63,138 nucleotides of DNA from Bigelowiella natans CCMP2755. Taxonomy: Eukaryota > Protista > Cercozoa. The position numbers and the translations under genes are program-made. Below, piece after piece: positions 1 through 15,199 of the stretch. The notes under the pieces were generated by a model. It was given only the letters and a program-made list of their open reading frames with translations. It ran no database searches and was not told the origin of the DNA. Position 1 is the stretch's first letter; every line of letters starts with the position of its first letter. The stretch covers positions 1-63,138 of the forward strand of contig ADNK01003183.1 in the NCBI GenBank assembly GCA_000320545.1, read 5' to 3'.

Positions 1-57
1 TCGAGAGGGGGGTGAGGGGGGGGGGGGGGGACACATATATGTGTTTATACAATATTT

Positions 58-188
58 ACAGCTACGAGTGCTGCGCGTGCGCATCTTCGTGAGTATACAA
101 AACACGCAGCCTCTCAAAACAACACACGATGACGAGAAGGCGCACACGGGGCGCGCGCGATCTTATCATGTCTCTCTGCATGTTGTAG

Positions 189-251
<63 letters not shown>

Positions 252-412
252 GTGGGTGTGTGTGTGTGTGCAATATGCAAACTACAACATGCAGAGAGAC
301 ATGATAAGATCGCACGCTCTCAGTGTGCGCCTTGTGGTCATCGTGTGTTGTTTTGCAAGGCTGCTTGTTCTGTTTACCCACGACGATGCGCACCCGCTGC
401 ACTAGTAGCTGT
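58..412. repeat. Long imperfect inverted repeat (134-bp arms) around a (CA)n(TA)n(TG)n core; foldback/MITE-like or hairpin-RNA locus
   Basis: 58-191 is the reverse complement of 279-412 with about 16 substitutions and no indels. The inner ~33 bp (gcgatcttatcatgtctctctgcatgttgtagttt) match perfectly. Confidence 0.85.
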
Positions 413-483
413 CACCATTGCATAAACACTTATCTGTCTCCCCCCCCCCCCCCTCCCCCCCCTCTCGTAATGGCCATTATCAG

Positions 484-973
484 TTCATGAGTCTCGAAGA
501 AGGAAAGGCTCTGCCGACGGCGATAGATGTTAATGATAACGATGAAAAGCAAACTAACGTGGTGCAAGGGGCTGTGCTTCCGCCGACAACGGATGCTGTT
601 GTTACTACCGATGGAATAATCACAGTAAGTAGCCTCTAACGCTAATGCTGCTGCTTGCTAGTTGGCTTACATGCCAGTTATGATGGTGGTTAGGGCTAAG
701 ATCATCGTTTTCATCATCATAATTATTACCACTCAGCAAACAGAGGCTGCGGCGCTAGAGTCGCCATCTGCTCCGATAGCTCAAAACAGCGATGCAGGGC
801 AAAGAAGAGACAAGCCGTTATCCATATCTGACCGTGTCGCGGAGGAACGAAAAGAAGAAGACCTCCCGCCAGCTTATGAGGACGCCAGCAACCGTGCTAA
901 CGGGGGAGAAGCTGGGGGGGGAGGGGGGGGGGGCAACGTCGACGATTTAGAGGCCAGATTCAGGAACCTGTAA
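484..973 (+). CDS. Last two exons (484-624, 737-973) of an IST1/ESCRT-III-like protein; the 5' part is not in this window
   Basis: In-frame GT-AG intron. The C-terminus DDLEARFRNL* resembles the MIM1 motif of IST1/CHMP proteins, and a PPAY motif lies upstream. Confidence 0.6.
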
Positions 974-1625
974 CAAGTATTATATTAACTAGCTAAAAGT
1001 CAATTCTAATGCTGTGATACTAGCAATTGCCCTACTAGCTGTAGCTGGGTGGTTGGCGACGATGTGGATGGTTATTATCGAGGTCGTCCAGCTGCAATGT
1101 ATGATAAAAACCAAAGTACATATCGTGCATAATCATGGTGGCGACGTGGCGAAAGCGCACGTGCTTGCTCAGTCAACGCCGCCCTCTTAAATGTGTAATT
1201 GGTATGCCAGTCTCTGGTCAGTCAAAATTTGAATGATGGCGCTCGATGTGACGTTGTATGCACAGACTGCTTGCTCTGATCATGTGCGCAACACGACTAC
1301 ACTACATAGACGGTGTACCGCTTATTACGTTGCCGCCATTGCATATGCCTAGATGGCCTGCGTCTGTACAACTGCAAAGCACATTCTCATGCTAGCAAGC
1401 CTACGGATAGCTAGATGGCATTATTTACGCAGCCAAGCTTGCTGTTGCAATTCACGTACACAACGTAATAAACAGATTAAAGGAAAGAGACTTTCTGCAT
1501 GCCTTAATCTGAGCTTATAAGACGGAAGTAATAATTGATAATATTTATTCTGAACTTATACAACACTGCATCCACAACATGTATCGTGAGTCGCAAGACT
1601 GGTGTTGTAATAGGCTAGACAGACT

Positions 1626-3027
1626 CTACTTCCTAACGCCTGCTGTTGCAATTTGTTTTCCGGCACGGCCGAGGGAGGAAGAAAGTTTAGACGACGGCTG
1701 GCTGGCAAAAGGCGTGTATTTGCGCATGTTCTTCTTCTTCATATATTCTTTTTGTCTTTGGTGCTGACGTTGAAGGAGGGTCTTCAAGCTTCCCTTTTCC
1801 TTACGCCTGCGACCCACACCAGCTACTTTTTTCATCCCTACTTTCTTTTCAGATTCCACTGCCGTCGGGGTGTTTGAATCACCGTGCTCCTCATGGGAGA
1901 TCTCATACTCGCCAGTCTTTCGCCGGACGTTTTGAGAAAGTGTATCGATAAGATTCAAAGCTCTATTCCTACGCTGTTTAGCCTCAGAGTCGTCTGAATA
2001 GATTATGGTACAATTCTGTCAGATTGATGCAGATCGCTTTGACGCAGCGAGAGACCGACCCTCCCTCCCTCTCTCTCCCCCCTCACAAATATCGTATCAT
2101 CGCAAATAGCTTAGTTCTTCTTTGTATAAAAAGTATTCACCTGCATTCCAATTCTGCACTTCCTGCCTGGCTTCATCCAAACACAAGCTTGCCTCATGAT
2201 ATCTCATCTCATGGTAGTATCTGATAATGATGATATCAATGTCAAAAAAATCCTTTCTTCGCACACAACCCACTCAACTCTGCATGCATGCGGAGATAGA
2301 TGGCGAACGAGCGACAAGCATAGCACATCATCACGGAACAGCAAGAAATAGAATGAGAGCTAAGAAGAAGAGAGAAAAACATAATCGCTTGTCGAGATTT
2401 CATCTTGCAATTTTTATCGCCCCTCGCTCGGCTAAGTGTGGCACTTTATAACTATCAGTATACTCGAGCGCAGCATGGGAAGTATAGTATTACATGCTGT
2501 ATTTGTGCATAATTATCCCCAACGCGTCATCACGTGTCGCAGTCTTTTCCTGCTCCTAAAAACATGTTACCACCATCCATTAACGATGTTTCTTATTTGT
2601 ACTACCGAAATATTTCTTAAAGGCTTGAGATCTATTCTAATGGGGTTAATTGTGGGGGAGGGCACACTTGTCCCTGATGAAGAGAATCCGTGATGAAATT
2701 TACCTCGAGCTGATAAACGACATCGTCAACTGGAACTTCCACACTCGAGCCTGCGGAAAGAAAATGATCCTCAATACAACTCATCACAAAATAACAAAGA
2801 TTGACACTCTGTGCAGTTCTATCACTTTTACTGTTCACTACTATTAGCAGGGCTGATGCTGCAGTATTTGAGATCTCACGGGAGGTGAGTGAGCAGTCAC
2901 AACACGGAGCAACTCAAATATGAAGTGGCGAGTGGTAAATGATGTTGATGATAGCTGAACCGTGCTGTTTTGATCGGTGAGAGAAATCACCAGTGGCAGC
3001 GCCCTGACAAAATGGTCATAAGACATA

Positions 3028-3067
<40 letters not shown>

Positions 3068-3093
3068 GTATACATGCATATGTGTAGATGGAA

Positions 3094-3135
<42 letters not shown>

Positions 3136-5448
3136 GGACTGTTTTCTTCCTAGAAGCTATCAGGACGATGCAGTACTTACTCTATCCCCCTCTACATTGC
3201 TTTGACCCTCGTGATGAGAGCTGTTAATGAGCTTGAATAAACTATCGTCCTTTTCCGCGCTGCCGGCAGCAGCTAGGTCTGCTTTGGCTTTGCTGGTTTT
3301 TCCACTTTGATACGATTTCGAGAAAGCAGATGCGAAGTCAGGGCGTTTGTGCTTCATGACGTCCTTCTGATCCAAAAACCTGCAACGCACGATGAAGAAG
3401 CAGTACACGGTTGATGATGATGATGAAGTGCAGTACGATCAGTGATAACCCTCTACTATCGCTACATGAACTAAAACTATTACTACTACTACTATTCTAC
3501 TACTTCTATTACTACTACTGCTGCTAATATTTGATTACCACTTCTGCACTCCTCCGCATGCTGCTTCTTCTTCGTCAAGAGTCGTATCTACAACGGTGAG
3601 TTCCATGCCAGGACCATATCCAGAAGGAATCTCCACCTATTCAAAGGACGGCAATGTTAAAAATGACTAATACTAGATGATGATGATGATGATGATAAGA
3701 TGGTGCGGATGATGAAGATGATGATTCGCATAGGAAGTAAGTGAGCGCCAACGTGAAAATCATTTTCAAGCGTGTTTAGCTACCTGGAATTCTTTGTTTG
3801 TAGTATTGCTCACGACCGTCATTTGCGCCCCCGCCCGCTTAAACCTACACGCACAAACCAATATCTAACGCAAAAGACGAAGGAGAAGAAAGGCGGGGGG
3901 AGGAGGCCAACATGATGGAAAAGAAGCTCTTTCAAATAAATAGTACCTTGGATCTAGCGGGATCTTCACTTGGAACTGAGATAACGAGTAGCAGCAGCAG
4001 AAGTAGTAGTAGCAGAGTAGTAGTAGTAGTAGTAGTAGTAGTATTCATATATGTGTTCAGTGAAAGAAACGACGAATGACGATTTTGTGCGGCATCACTC
4101 TTAAATACTTGCTTACTACTACCGTTGGACGCTTCGGTGTTTCCCCGTTCAAAACCGACATTTTCAGGAGGAACTTCTGCACCTCGAGAGCTGCGAAAGA
4201 AGGCAGTCGTCGCAAGTGATGAGCGTTTGTATTCCTCACATCTATTGATACACAAGTAGTACTAGTAGTACTGCTACTGCTACTATTGCGACCGGCGCAG
4301 ATTACCTCCTTCTGCTTTAGGAATGTTCGGGTCTTTGATGGGGTTTGAACGTGCTACCTGCCATCTCTTAAAGGCCTCCTTGCTGCGGATTTAGTACAAT
4401 GTAGCGCGTTCATACCATGGTTGTGTGACTAACGATGATGACTATAAAACTTTGAGGATGGGGGATTGATATCAACGGCATTGCAGTAGGGCAGATGCTA
4501 GGGGAGGAATGGGCTGGGATTTCTCCTCGCCGCGTGTTTACAATATTCTTATATCCATCTCGCCTTTATCATCTTTAACAGCAATATCAGCAGGCACGCA
4601 ACCTGTGGTTGGAGTTGAACTTTCCGCACAATTTCTTGAAATTCTTACCGAACTTTTGATTCTCAATCTTTATCTGTTTTTTTTTTTTTTGGTGGGTCAA
4701 AACATGAGTACACATAGAAATGAGGGACGGAGGAAGAGGGCGTCCAAAAATCGATTGCGTTTTTAGATGACGCAATCACATGCTAGCATGGCTACTGTAA
4801 AGCTGATGAAAGAGCGGCTTTACCTTCTCATCACTTAATATATTTTTCGTGTAGATCTTCCACTGCTTTTGAGCCTTTAAAACTGCTTTAATCTCCGAAT
4901 TACTTCTGTCGTACCTGCAGCACGCAAATACAAACACAAACACAAACACAAACACACAGAATATGAATAATGCTGTAGCGGCACCAACATGTTTCTCGAT
5001 GATAACGACGATGAAGAAGAAGAAGATGATGATGATGATGATGATGTATATGTTCCCACTACTCACTTCTCCATTGTCTGGAGGATCGCTTTAAGCACTT
5101 TTGAAGGACCTATGTATGTGTTTTAAACAAAACCACATCGTCACAGTGTAGAAATTGTAATTTTAGCAAGGTTATGGTGCTTGATTAATTAGGACCAGAT
5201 ACCAATGAAGTTGATCCCTCCCCCCCTTCGTCTTCTCAGAATCACCATCATCATCATTACCACCACCATCATAATCATCAACATGATGATTATTATTATT
5301 ATTATTATTATCTTCATCGTCAGTATCACCAATGGTTTGGGCCAGACTTCGGTTCTCAAACTCCAAGGCTGCAACCTATAAGGAGGAAGAAGAAGAAGTT
5401 GTGCATTTTAGATTATTTCCGGTGTTGTAGAGACGTATTGCGCGAGCA

Positions 5449-5486
<38 letters not shown>

Positions 5487-6442
5487 TGTGTACCATCATC
5501 ATCATCTTCTTCTTCTTCATCATCATCATCATCATTATTGTCATCACCTCAGTCACCGATACGACACTGTACTCGATCTTGGATTTCGGATGATTGTCCA
5601 AAATCTTCATTAGTTCCTGGTGAAGGGATGGTTAAAAGCATTTCTATTCAGCACATGAGAAGAGGCGGGGAAATCAGGATTGAAAAACTATTGTAATCAC
5701 TATCGTGCTATGGTTCTACTGTGTTGTTGTTCTATCCAGTTGTTGCTGATTGTACTTTTCTTACCGGACTCAACTTCTGCTCTTGCTTGGAGTTTGCTTT
5801 GAACAAGACAAGGCATACCATCACAATAATCATCAAAAACCATCATCAACGTCGCGCCACCATATATATATAAATCCTAACAATAAATCGAAGCAGGACT
5901 AGGTGTATGCCGCCCAATACATCCGATAAATAAGCAATTGTCTGCATCGTCATCTAGTTTTCTGACTCTAGAGTTTTATCATGATTTGAGCAAGATAATG
6001 CGGACCTTCTTCTTGCTCATACTTCCTCTCAGAGACTCTATCTTCTTCGTCTTCGTCTTCCTCCTCCTCCTCCTCCTCCTCCTCCTCCTCTCCTTCCTTG
6101 TTGTTTTTCCTCAAATTGGTGAATTTCAATCCACCGAAGTAGTCGCCTTGAAGGAGAATAAAGAAAGATGGTTTAACGCGAGAAGCGATGGGTGTAGAAT
6201 CGGAGCAGCAAAATAAGAAATAATACGAGTTGTGTAGCCATTGCACGTGGATTCTACATATATCTGAAGATCGACACGCACGCACACACAGAAGCCCGAC
6301 TAATGTCTTCATTAACGCTACTCATCCATTCGTCATCACCATCATCACAGCTCGCATTATAAATAAAACCTGGTCCCAATTGATAAATAGACACAATCTT
6401 GCCATCCACTTCCTTCAGGATCTAATATGATTAATTATGTTG

Positions 6443-6479
<37 letters not shown>

Positions 6480-7139
6480 TATTTTGTAATATGATTGCTG
6501 CTCATATTGATCAATCTACACACGTACACACCCCAGGAATGGAAGTATTGCTAGAATGCTCCGAGCTACCACCGCACAGCATTAAAGTTTCTACCTCACA
6601 AAAGCCCTTTTTGATAAACAACATTGAGTCTGGCCTTGTGCCCGATTTGACGATGATACTATGTCTGGTGAAGAACCTGGGCAGAATTGCAATCAACAAT
6701 TAAGGAAGGAACATTGCATTTCCAGCAGCTTCAGACGAAGAAGTAACGAGAGAGGCGAGGAGAGAAAAAGGTGGAGGGGGGAGAGGTGCTGGAGGAGGAG
6801 GAGGAGGAGGAGGAGAGGCAAAAATAACTAACCGTTCTTGGCTGATTTCAGTGAGAGAATCTTCAAGAGCGTTTGAAACATTTGAGAAAACCTACGTGGT
6901 AAGTATCAAGGAAGTAACAGCACAGAAATTAGTGCACCTCCTCAGCGGTGGCAATGCGAGACAGTAGTTTGGATATCATCATCATCATCGTCGTCGCCAT
7001 CATCATCATCATCATCAATGTCATCATCTGCCATCGTATTCCCCGTCGTCAGATCAACCGGCACTTCAAACGCATAGATGATTAGATGCTTGGAATGATG
7101 AAGTAACCGAAATAGTGCGAAGTTCTTTTTAGCGTGCAG

Positions 7140-7182
<43 letters not shown>

Positions 7183-7397
7183 ATATTATATAGTAAATCA
7201 TCTGCTAAAAGGCTATATTTTCCGCACCGGAAAGAGTTTTTTCATGTTCTGATTTTCTTTCTGGGGAAGTTGCAAAAGCATCAGGAGAACAGTGAGTATG
7301 AATTATCTATCGAGATTGGCGATCTTATGATGATACTAGGAGACTGTGCACTAATAAAACGAAGGAATGGAATAGAGGAAGAACAGTAGAAGGAGCA

Positions 7398-7482
<85 letters not shown>

Positions 7483-8796
7483 CACCACAAACCTGGATCG
7501 TGCACATGATTGAGAGGTTGCGATAAACCTCAGACTCGATACAGAGAACTTCTGTACCTTTTTCCGTAGCACAAACTGTGGAATATCGGCGGCCTGCAGC
7601 GCATAAACACGATCCCATCGTCATGATCATCATGATCATAATCATTATCGTCATCATCATCATGTGCTATTGATATTCAAACAAACATAAACTTCACTCT
7701 TAACTTTTGAACACTTTTAATGGTCAAGTGATCTATCGTACTTGAAGGAGTGCTGACTGCCATTTCCCCAAAAATCTCTCCGGGGTACAGATTGCAAGCG
7801 ATGTACCAAAATCTGTAATATATGGCGGGAAGAAGAAATCAGAAGGAGACGAAGAAGATAAAATCATATTAAATATAATACTATATATATTCATTCTTTT
7901 CATATGAGCACAGATGAAGCACCATCAAGCACAAGAGGGAGGAAGAAGAGAGGAGACACGAGGACTTCGCGCGTTCGTGATATCGAGCAGACAATGCTTT
8001 CCCAAATCCCTTATTCATGACGCGTTATTGGGTTCTTTTTATTTAAATGCGTTTTGATATTCGCACCTCCATCAAGTTACTACTTATATAATTCCTAGTA
8101 CCCGCTCGGCCTTCTGATTTTCATCTCTATAGTTCCAGAGGTCACGATATACCTGGTGTATATTTTAATGTTTGTCTCTCTAGTAGTAATAGTAGTAGTA
8201 GTAGAAGAAGAAGAAGAAGAAGAAGAGGTTGCAGTTCCCAATCGACTGCTGTCATCATCATATGTGTTTGTTACGTGAAAGCAATTTCGTATTGTTTTGT
8301 AGCACTCTCGCTCACATGCTGCATCCTAAGGCTCCTTGCTCGTATAAGCACTCGTTCTTCCGAAGTCTGAGGGAATCAAAAACAAATCCCTTTAATTCCT
8401 TGCTGCCTTGTTTACTACAAGGAATTGGATTGATCTATACTAGCTGATTTGCTTTCAATATATGTAATGATGATGATGATGATAATGATGGTGATGATAG
8501 TGATGGTAATGATGAGAATTACGTTTGAAGAGTAACGTTTTTGCAAATCTCCTTCACATCAGCGCCTTGCATCTGAACATGTATGCAACTCTATGTTAAC
8601 ACTCCATATCCGTGTGGTGGTGATGGTGGTGATGATGAGGATGATGATGGTGATAAGGGACACACTGAATTTGTAGAGTTTTCAACTCAACCCAAAACGT
8701 CATATTCTGCTGCCCGAACTATCGGTTATAATTCATTGCTGTATCATTATCATCCACAGTCACCATCACCATCTCCCCTTACAATCTTCTTCTTCT

Positions 8797-8840
<44 letters not shown>

Positions 8841-8914
8841 ATTAAAAGCATCATCGTACCTTCCGGAAGTATGGAATCTGCTTCACGAATCTGGTGAATA
8901 TTTTGCGACAGTGG

Positions 8915-8945
<31 letters not shown>

Positions 8946-9419
8946 ATTGATAATGATGATGGTATATATTCTCTCCTTCTAACACTCCTGTATCTGTGCG
9001 ACGACTATCACCACAAGCCCTCTCCTTTGAGCTCCATCCTTCCTATCCCCCCCCCCCCCCCCCGCCAGCCTCTTTCGATCATCATTACGATGCAATAAAT
9101 AAGACGTCCTCGTCTGTCCGCAGCTTTGCAGGCTTTCGGAGAATAGACCTTTGTTGTTGTGTACAAAGTTAAGATGATGCCCTCGCTAACAGCACATATC
9201 ACCATCATGGCGCTCAGTGCTGCTATTCTTCAAGCATTATCAACCTCCATTTGTCACCGATTTCGTCCTTTACTCTATCGTTAATGATTCTGTACGTGCC
9301 TGTGCCCATGGTACGATCATTCAATTGCGAGGAGTAAATATATGATGCGTTGTGTTATCGGGTTATATCGATGGAGGAAACACGAATAAGTAATATATGC
9401 ATATAAATATATGTACATG

Positions 9420-9465
<46 letters not shown>

Positions 9466-10667
9466 TATATTGTTTCGGTGCACTCACCCGTCTTTATCCT
9501 TGTCTCCTGTGCTCTATTATCTTCTAAGAGATGGACGCCGGGGGGGATTGTTTTCTTGATTCGGCGAGGACGCGGCGTATCTTCCTTCATCTGTGACAAA
9601 CCATCATCGTTTTGAGCGAGATCGTCCGCGTAAATAGAGGAGCTCTTCGATGTGGAGGGGTTGATGATGATATGGAGGTTGTGCTTTTAATGCAGCATGA
9701 TGTTGGCAGTACCATTTCTGCGAGCTTTGAGGAGGCCTGGTGATGTTCATTGGAATCTATCGTTGAGTACACTTCTCGATGAAAATCCAGCGGTTTGGCA
9801 GAGTATAACCTGGGAGACGAAGATAACGTGAAAACGATGCACTGGACAAATTGAAAGGTTCAATGCTATAATTGATAACAATTCACGTCTCTCCCCCCCC
9901 CCCCTTACTCCTAACCTCACGCCCTTATTATCCTTTATTCATTCGTTGATTAGAAGAGTGGCATGCTGATTGTTACCTAGCCGAATCGACGTGAAGGACT
10001 TGATCATCCTTGAGAATAAGCCTGATGATTGATAGAAAGTAGAGGTGCGACTGAATTACCAACTCATTATATGACGCACATCAACTCTCCCTCCCCCTCA
10101 CCACCACCACCACCACCACCACACCTTTCGAAGCCTAGATCTTCTTGGTCTTGTATAACCTCCTGTACTTTGATCTTACCCTGAACAAACAAGAGGAAGG
10201 GGGGGGGGGGGGAGGGGAGCGGGAGGAGAGGAGGAGGAAAATTGTTTGGTATAATGCAAGAATCTTACTAGTTCATTTGTCGGAATAAAGAGTGAGCAAA
10301 CCATTATGCAAGGTAATGCTGCTGTGCTGGGATATTGGTTTGGGGGGGGGGGGAGGCTAATATGCATTCTTCATGCCTTAAGATGCATTTCTAGTAAATA
10401 GGAGTAAAGCTACTACAATAGCACTCATCCTGCTCACTACATCCTCCTTGTAGCGAAGGTCATCACCACGACACACACAAGCTACTTCAACGCCGATCAA
10501 TCCACCAGCAGTCGGTATTATGATGTTCTCTACCGTGATTTATATATTATTCACCGCAACCTGGTGCCTGAGCTTGAGGGTTATTTCATGACGCTCTTGC
10601 TTCAGTTTAGCTTTTTGAATTTCCCATTCAAAATGTAGATACCGCCATCTTTCGGTTTATTAACGTA

Positions 10668-10718
<51 letters not shown>

Positions 10719-12910
10719 AGCAATGCCAGCAGTCATCTAACCAACCACACAACATTAGATTGGTAAGTGCATTTAGTAAACGTACGCTGCGATCTCTGAT
10801 TTGAAACGCCTAACGTACAGCGTATCTTTGCCCTGGCCTTGAAAAGCGTAATAGAGTGAACAGCATATTAAGAACACATGGAAAAAGCTGACATCCTTAT
10901 CCTCCCAATTTCATTTTAGTTATTCATGTTAAGAAGTGCCATATTCGTCGTTGAAGCGCCGTTAACCAACGTCCAATGCGTTGTCTATTGTAATTCATTA
11001 CCGATGCAACAATGGAACTCTCGCTCGTCGTCTGGAGTGCCCTGTCGTAGTAGAAAGAAAAAGCGAGGAGGAGGATATAGTTAGGTTCATTCCTTTGGTC
11101 GCCATCAAATTTGACTGGAACTCCTTCCTCCCTAATGTTGTTGTTGTATTTTTTCTCCATATCGTCTCCGTACTTTCTTCCTTGACTCCTGGCACACGCC
11201 GAGCATGTCCATCGGCATCTTACGCCCCTTAATATTTCACGAATGATGGAAGAAGAACGAGTGAGGGATAAGATGATCTGCAGAAATTTTGCATCTTAAG
11301 ACTCATTGGATTTCGGATATCTGAGCTTCTCGCTTTCTTCACCCTTCAACCCCCCCCCCTCCCCCCTGATTCTCTTCTCTGCTACCTTTTCTATTTTATT
11401 CAGGGAAAGGATTCTGGGCGGTAATGAGGAATATCAAGAAAGACACACAGAATCAATATATTTATGTATATATATTTGTATGAATGTTTGTAAATGTTTC
11501 CTTTGGAATCAACAAAGCACTTCTTTTGCATGTGTTGTCAGTGTAAAGTGCAGGGAAAGGGCCTCCTCCTCCCCCCTCCTATCCTCCCTTTGCCTATTTG
11601 TCCTCCTCTTCGCATTGTAAAATTACATCTCCCTCTCTTCTTCCCTTTCCTCTCGACGTAAGCGCTAAATAGCCCCCAAACGTCTCCTCTTGCTAGCATT
11701 GAATCCCCCCCCCCCCCCCAAAAAAATTCTTGGACACCACCTTTTCCGATTCTCCCTCCTTCGTTTCCAAGAGTAGTAGAGCTCTTTTAGCAAGGTGGAG
11801 GCCTTCTTCATCAAAGGATTTGTCTCCCGGTCCTGAGAAGTATCCTGGGGAAGGGGATAAAGATGCCGCGACAGCAGCACAAACATACATACATCAACGA
11901 AACTCGCCACACGGATGATGCAATCGGACTATATTCTCGCCTTTAATACGAAGGAATGTGCGCATTTGAAAAGATTTGAGTGTGTGTGTACACTCATGAG
12001 CGTGATGGGGGGGAGGGGGTGGGATGCGGGCAAGGGGGGAGCATGCGTGGAAGTAAAAGTGTAAACATATATGTAAAAATTAAGTTCCAACCACCTTTTC
12101 GTCTCCAAGCATCTTCCTTTGCTTTTCTGACTCGGATTTCATCATCTAATGAGTTACGATGAAGGTTTGGATGGGCAGTCAGCTACACTAGCAGCTCCTG
12201 GAAGAGGATTGGTTTGTTACGTCACTACTACAAGTCGAAGGCGCGACCTTTTCCATGTTGCGAATATCCATAGCAATCTGGCGTGCAAGGTGGTTCCACT
12301 TGTACATTCTGTTTCAGTCATAGTATGTTACACGCGTAGTGGCGAGGAAAGAAACGGAGGCCATAGTAAGCAGGCAGCAGCAGTAGCAAAATACTTTCGC
12401 GTTTGATTCAACCTCACGTCACACACACAATGGGCATCACCTTGCTTTCTCTGGGCGAAGGAGCGCCTTTTGGCTTCGAGATGCAAGAAGGTTTATTTCC
12501 GAGAGTGTTGTATCGCTCTGAAAGAGAACACATCGCAGCAGCAGCCATTACATATTTCGAAGGTTGCTGTTATTGCCATTGCCGCTATTTCCCCAAGATG
12601 TGAATCTTCCTAAGAGTCAAAAGGCTTCACCGCCTCCTCGTTCGAGGCGTGGAATCGAAAGTAAGCTATACCACGTAACACAACTAAGTCTAATGAGCTC
12701 GAGTCGAAGTCACTTCTTCTTATATGTTACTGTTTTGAGTGACCGCCATCTTGCTCCTTCGCAGCGAGTAATAACGAAGGGGTGAAAAAGGCGCGGAAAC
12801 GTCTCTGTCGTTCTTCCGCTCGTCGTTGTCCTCGTTCTCCTCACGCCTCACACAAACAGCTGCTGCTGCTGCTGCTGCTGCTCGAAACTCTTCGTAGATC
12901 TATCCTCCAT
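1626..12910 (-). CDS. Large multi-exon protein with about two cyclic-nucleotide-binding (CAP_ED) domains; 5' end uncertain
   Basis: Exon peptides LRKNECLYEQG, YIVTSGTIEM, PGEIFGEMA and RRYSTVCATEKGTEVLCIESEVY form domain 1. IIVKSGTRPDSMLFIKKGFCEV and GDYFG suggest domain 2. A chain of GT-AG exons appears to continue to a terminal exon ending at 1626. Confidence 0.6.
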
Positions 12911-14119
12911 TGTTCTCTGGATATGGTGGGGTAACGGCCCGAAACTACCGCAGACTTCGCGGAAACGGAGGGGATTTCACCCGATTTTGACGGTATAATT
13001 CATTGTCGCAGGTAAAAAATCGATCCTGTTTCTCACTCCAGTGCTCGCTTCAGGACCAGTTTCGTAGGAACAAGGTGGTGCTTTGGGATGGGGGATTAGG
13101 GTTAGATTGCTTTTCCCGTGTTCGCAGCGGCAGACTGGCCACTGATTGGCCACTGAGGGCGGGGGGGGGGAAGGGTGTTGTATTTAGACTTAGCCTCTTG
13201 TGCCGTCATGATGATCAAAGCTGACATCATCCGCGTAGTAGTTTTTCTCGGTGTTCTTGCAAGCAATGTACTCATCCTCGTCTGCATCAACTGCTCGTCG
13301 CTGGATGGTTGCTAATTCATTGGTTTTACTCTATCAAGAAGGAAGACGATGAGTAGCGGTCGCCATAACCCAGCAGCCAACTCGTACAGGTAGTAGACGT
13401 TGCGTGAGAAAGTTGAACATCGATGCTGATGACACCGTGGTGAATGCACGTAGAACGGGAGTGCTGATAGGAAATTGGAGCGAAGATAGAATCGGCGGAG
13501 ATGCCTTCAAGCCTACTGCAAGTCAAATGGTCAGTCATATGTATGAAGATCCCTTCACTCCTCGATTATAAAGTCATCGCTTGTGTTTTGAGAATAAATG
13601 GGCCTACTGAGCGACTCAACCTTTGTTTTATGTACGCGCATTACACCATGCTAACACACACAGTCTCAAGGCAAGATGGTCACGACTCAAAAGCAATCAT
13701 ACCCCTACTCGGGAGCAAAGGTCACAAACGAGGAGTGCATTTTAAGAGAAGTTTGCATGTTGGCAAATAGCAGAAGAGATGCTAAGCCATGGTGGCCAGG
13801 TGTTTCCAATATATCAATCTGTACTATTTCTCAGGCTTGTGTTGATATCCTCAATAGCCGCAACGACCCGCTGCCAACAGTACATAATGATCATTTATTT
13901 GGACAAGACGTAGAATCTAATTATGCATGCCGATTTGCTGCGCTACCCAGGCAGCTCACTGCGTGGAGAAGGGATTGTTATTCACACACAAGGTCATCAA
14001 TCAAATCCAATCGATAACATAGAGACGCGTATGGGGGGGGGGTCGCTGCTTTGTGTGTGTTTTTGCTAGGAGCGATCGCGGAGCATCATTGCTAACTTCA
14101 TTCGGATAATCGATCCATC

Positions 14120-14505
14120 AGGGCGGATCTGGAAAGTCATTATCACTAAATCGTGGCTTGCTAGCGAAGAAGCGCGACCAGTGGGGAGAGGATTCTAAAT
14201 CAAATTCAAGAGGTTTGTGAAATTTCAGCTCTAGGTTGATGGATGATGGTGACGATCACGGTGATAATGATGATGGTACTTTTCTTTCATTAATATAAAC
14301 CTCAGGGGGCAGCTTTCAAACCTCAGCTAAGTCTCATTTCAAAGGAGCAGCAGCGTCTGTAAGTCATCACACTTACTTACACACATGCACACACGCGCGC
14401 ACGTATGAGATATTGACATAGTTTGCTGGTTTTCAGAAACCCAGGCGAGCCACGGCTCCTCGTTCACAAGACAACGTGTTTCCCGACGATACGAATAAGT
14501 CTGAG
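14120..14505 (+). CDS. Possible terminal exons of a small gene or gene fragment
   Basis: Three short AG...GT-bounded segments (donors GTTTGT, GTAAGT) separated by microsatellite-containing spacers; no recognisable domain. Confidence 0.25.
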
Positions 14506-15199
14506 CGATTCAAAACAACAAATTCGATTTCTTATGCAAAGTAGAGACAGTGATCCTTTTGCGCCGATGTATATACATCTCTAAGTACCTCCTTTGGAAA
14601 TGTGGTACACTCTGTTCAGATGTTTTCATATAGCATGATGATGTAGAATTGATGTACCGCAGCGCTGCAATGCGTCACAACGTGACGGACCAAAAGCTTT
14701 GCGAAGACATTACAATACGCTATCGTACACATATGCGTTGACTTATTAGATGGCATGTCGCGGGTGCAATTGCGCGCACAGCACCACCAATGCATTTGCA
14801 AACATGAAGGACACCACAGCAGAATCAAACAGACACAGCATCGGCGCTGTAGCCGCATACAGCATTGCACGTACAGCTACAATAGGACGACAGTTGAAAA
14901 AATGTAATTGTTATTTCATTGCATCCGTCTTATAGTTATCATGGGCATAACCTAGCAATTTCATGCACTCATCAATCGTGTATTGTAGCATTTTCGCGCT
15001 TCACTAAGTAGCTGAGCTTTTTCGCATCGCATTGTGTCTTTGCCTCATCAGCACATGGTAAGTACTGCTACGGGAAAACAGAACTCTTCTTTCGTAATTT
15101 TCCACGAGACTTTGTCGTTACTGTCCTTGCTATATCCAACAGCAGAGGGGAAATTGTAGCCTATGTATACACCATCACAAAAATTAAATTTTCGAATGT

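Noticed and set aside
12690-12745. Plus-strand peptide SSRSHFFLYVTV resembling kinesin switch I
   Set aside because: Isolated, on the opposite strand to and ~24 kb from the kinesin gene, with no other motor motifs nearby; treated as chance.
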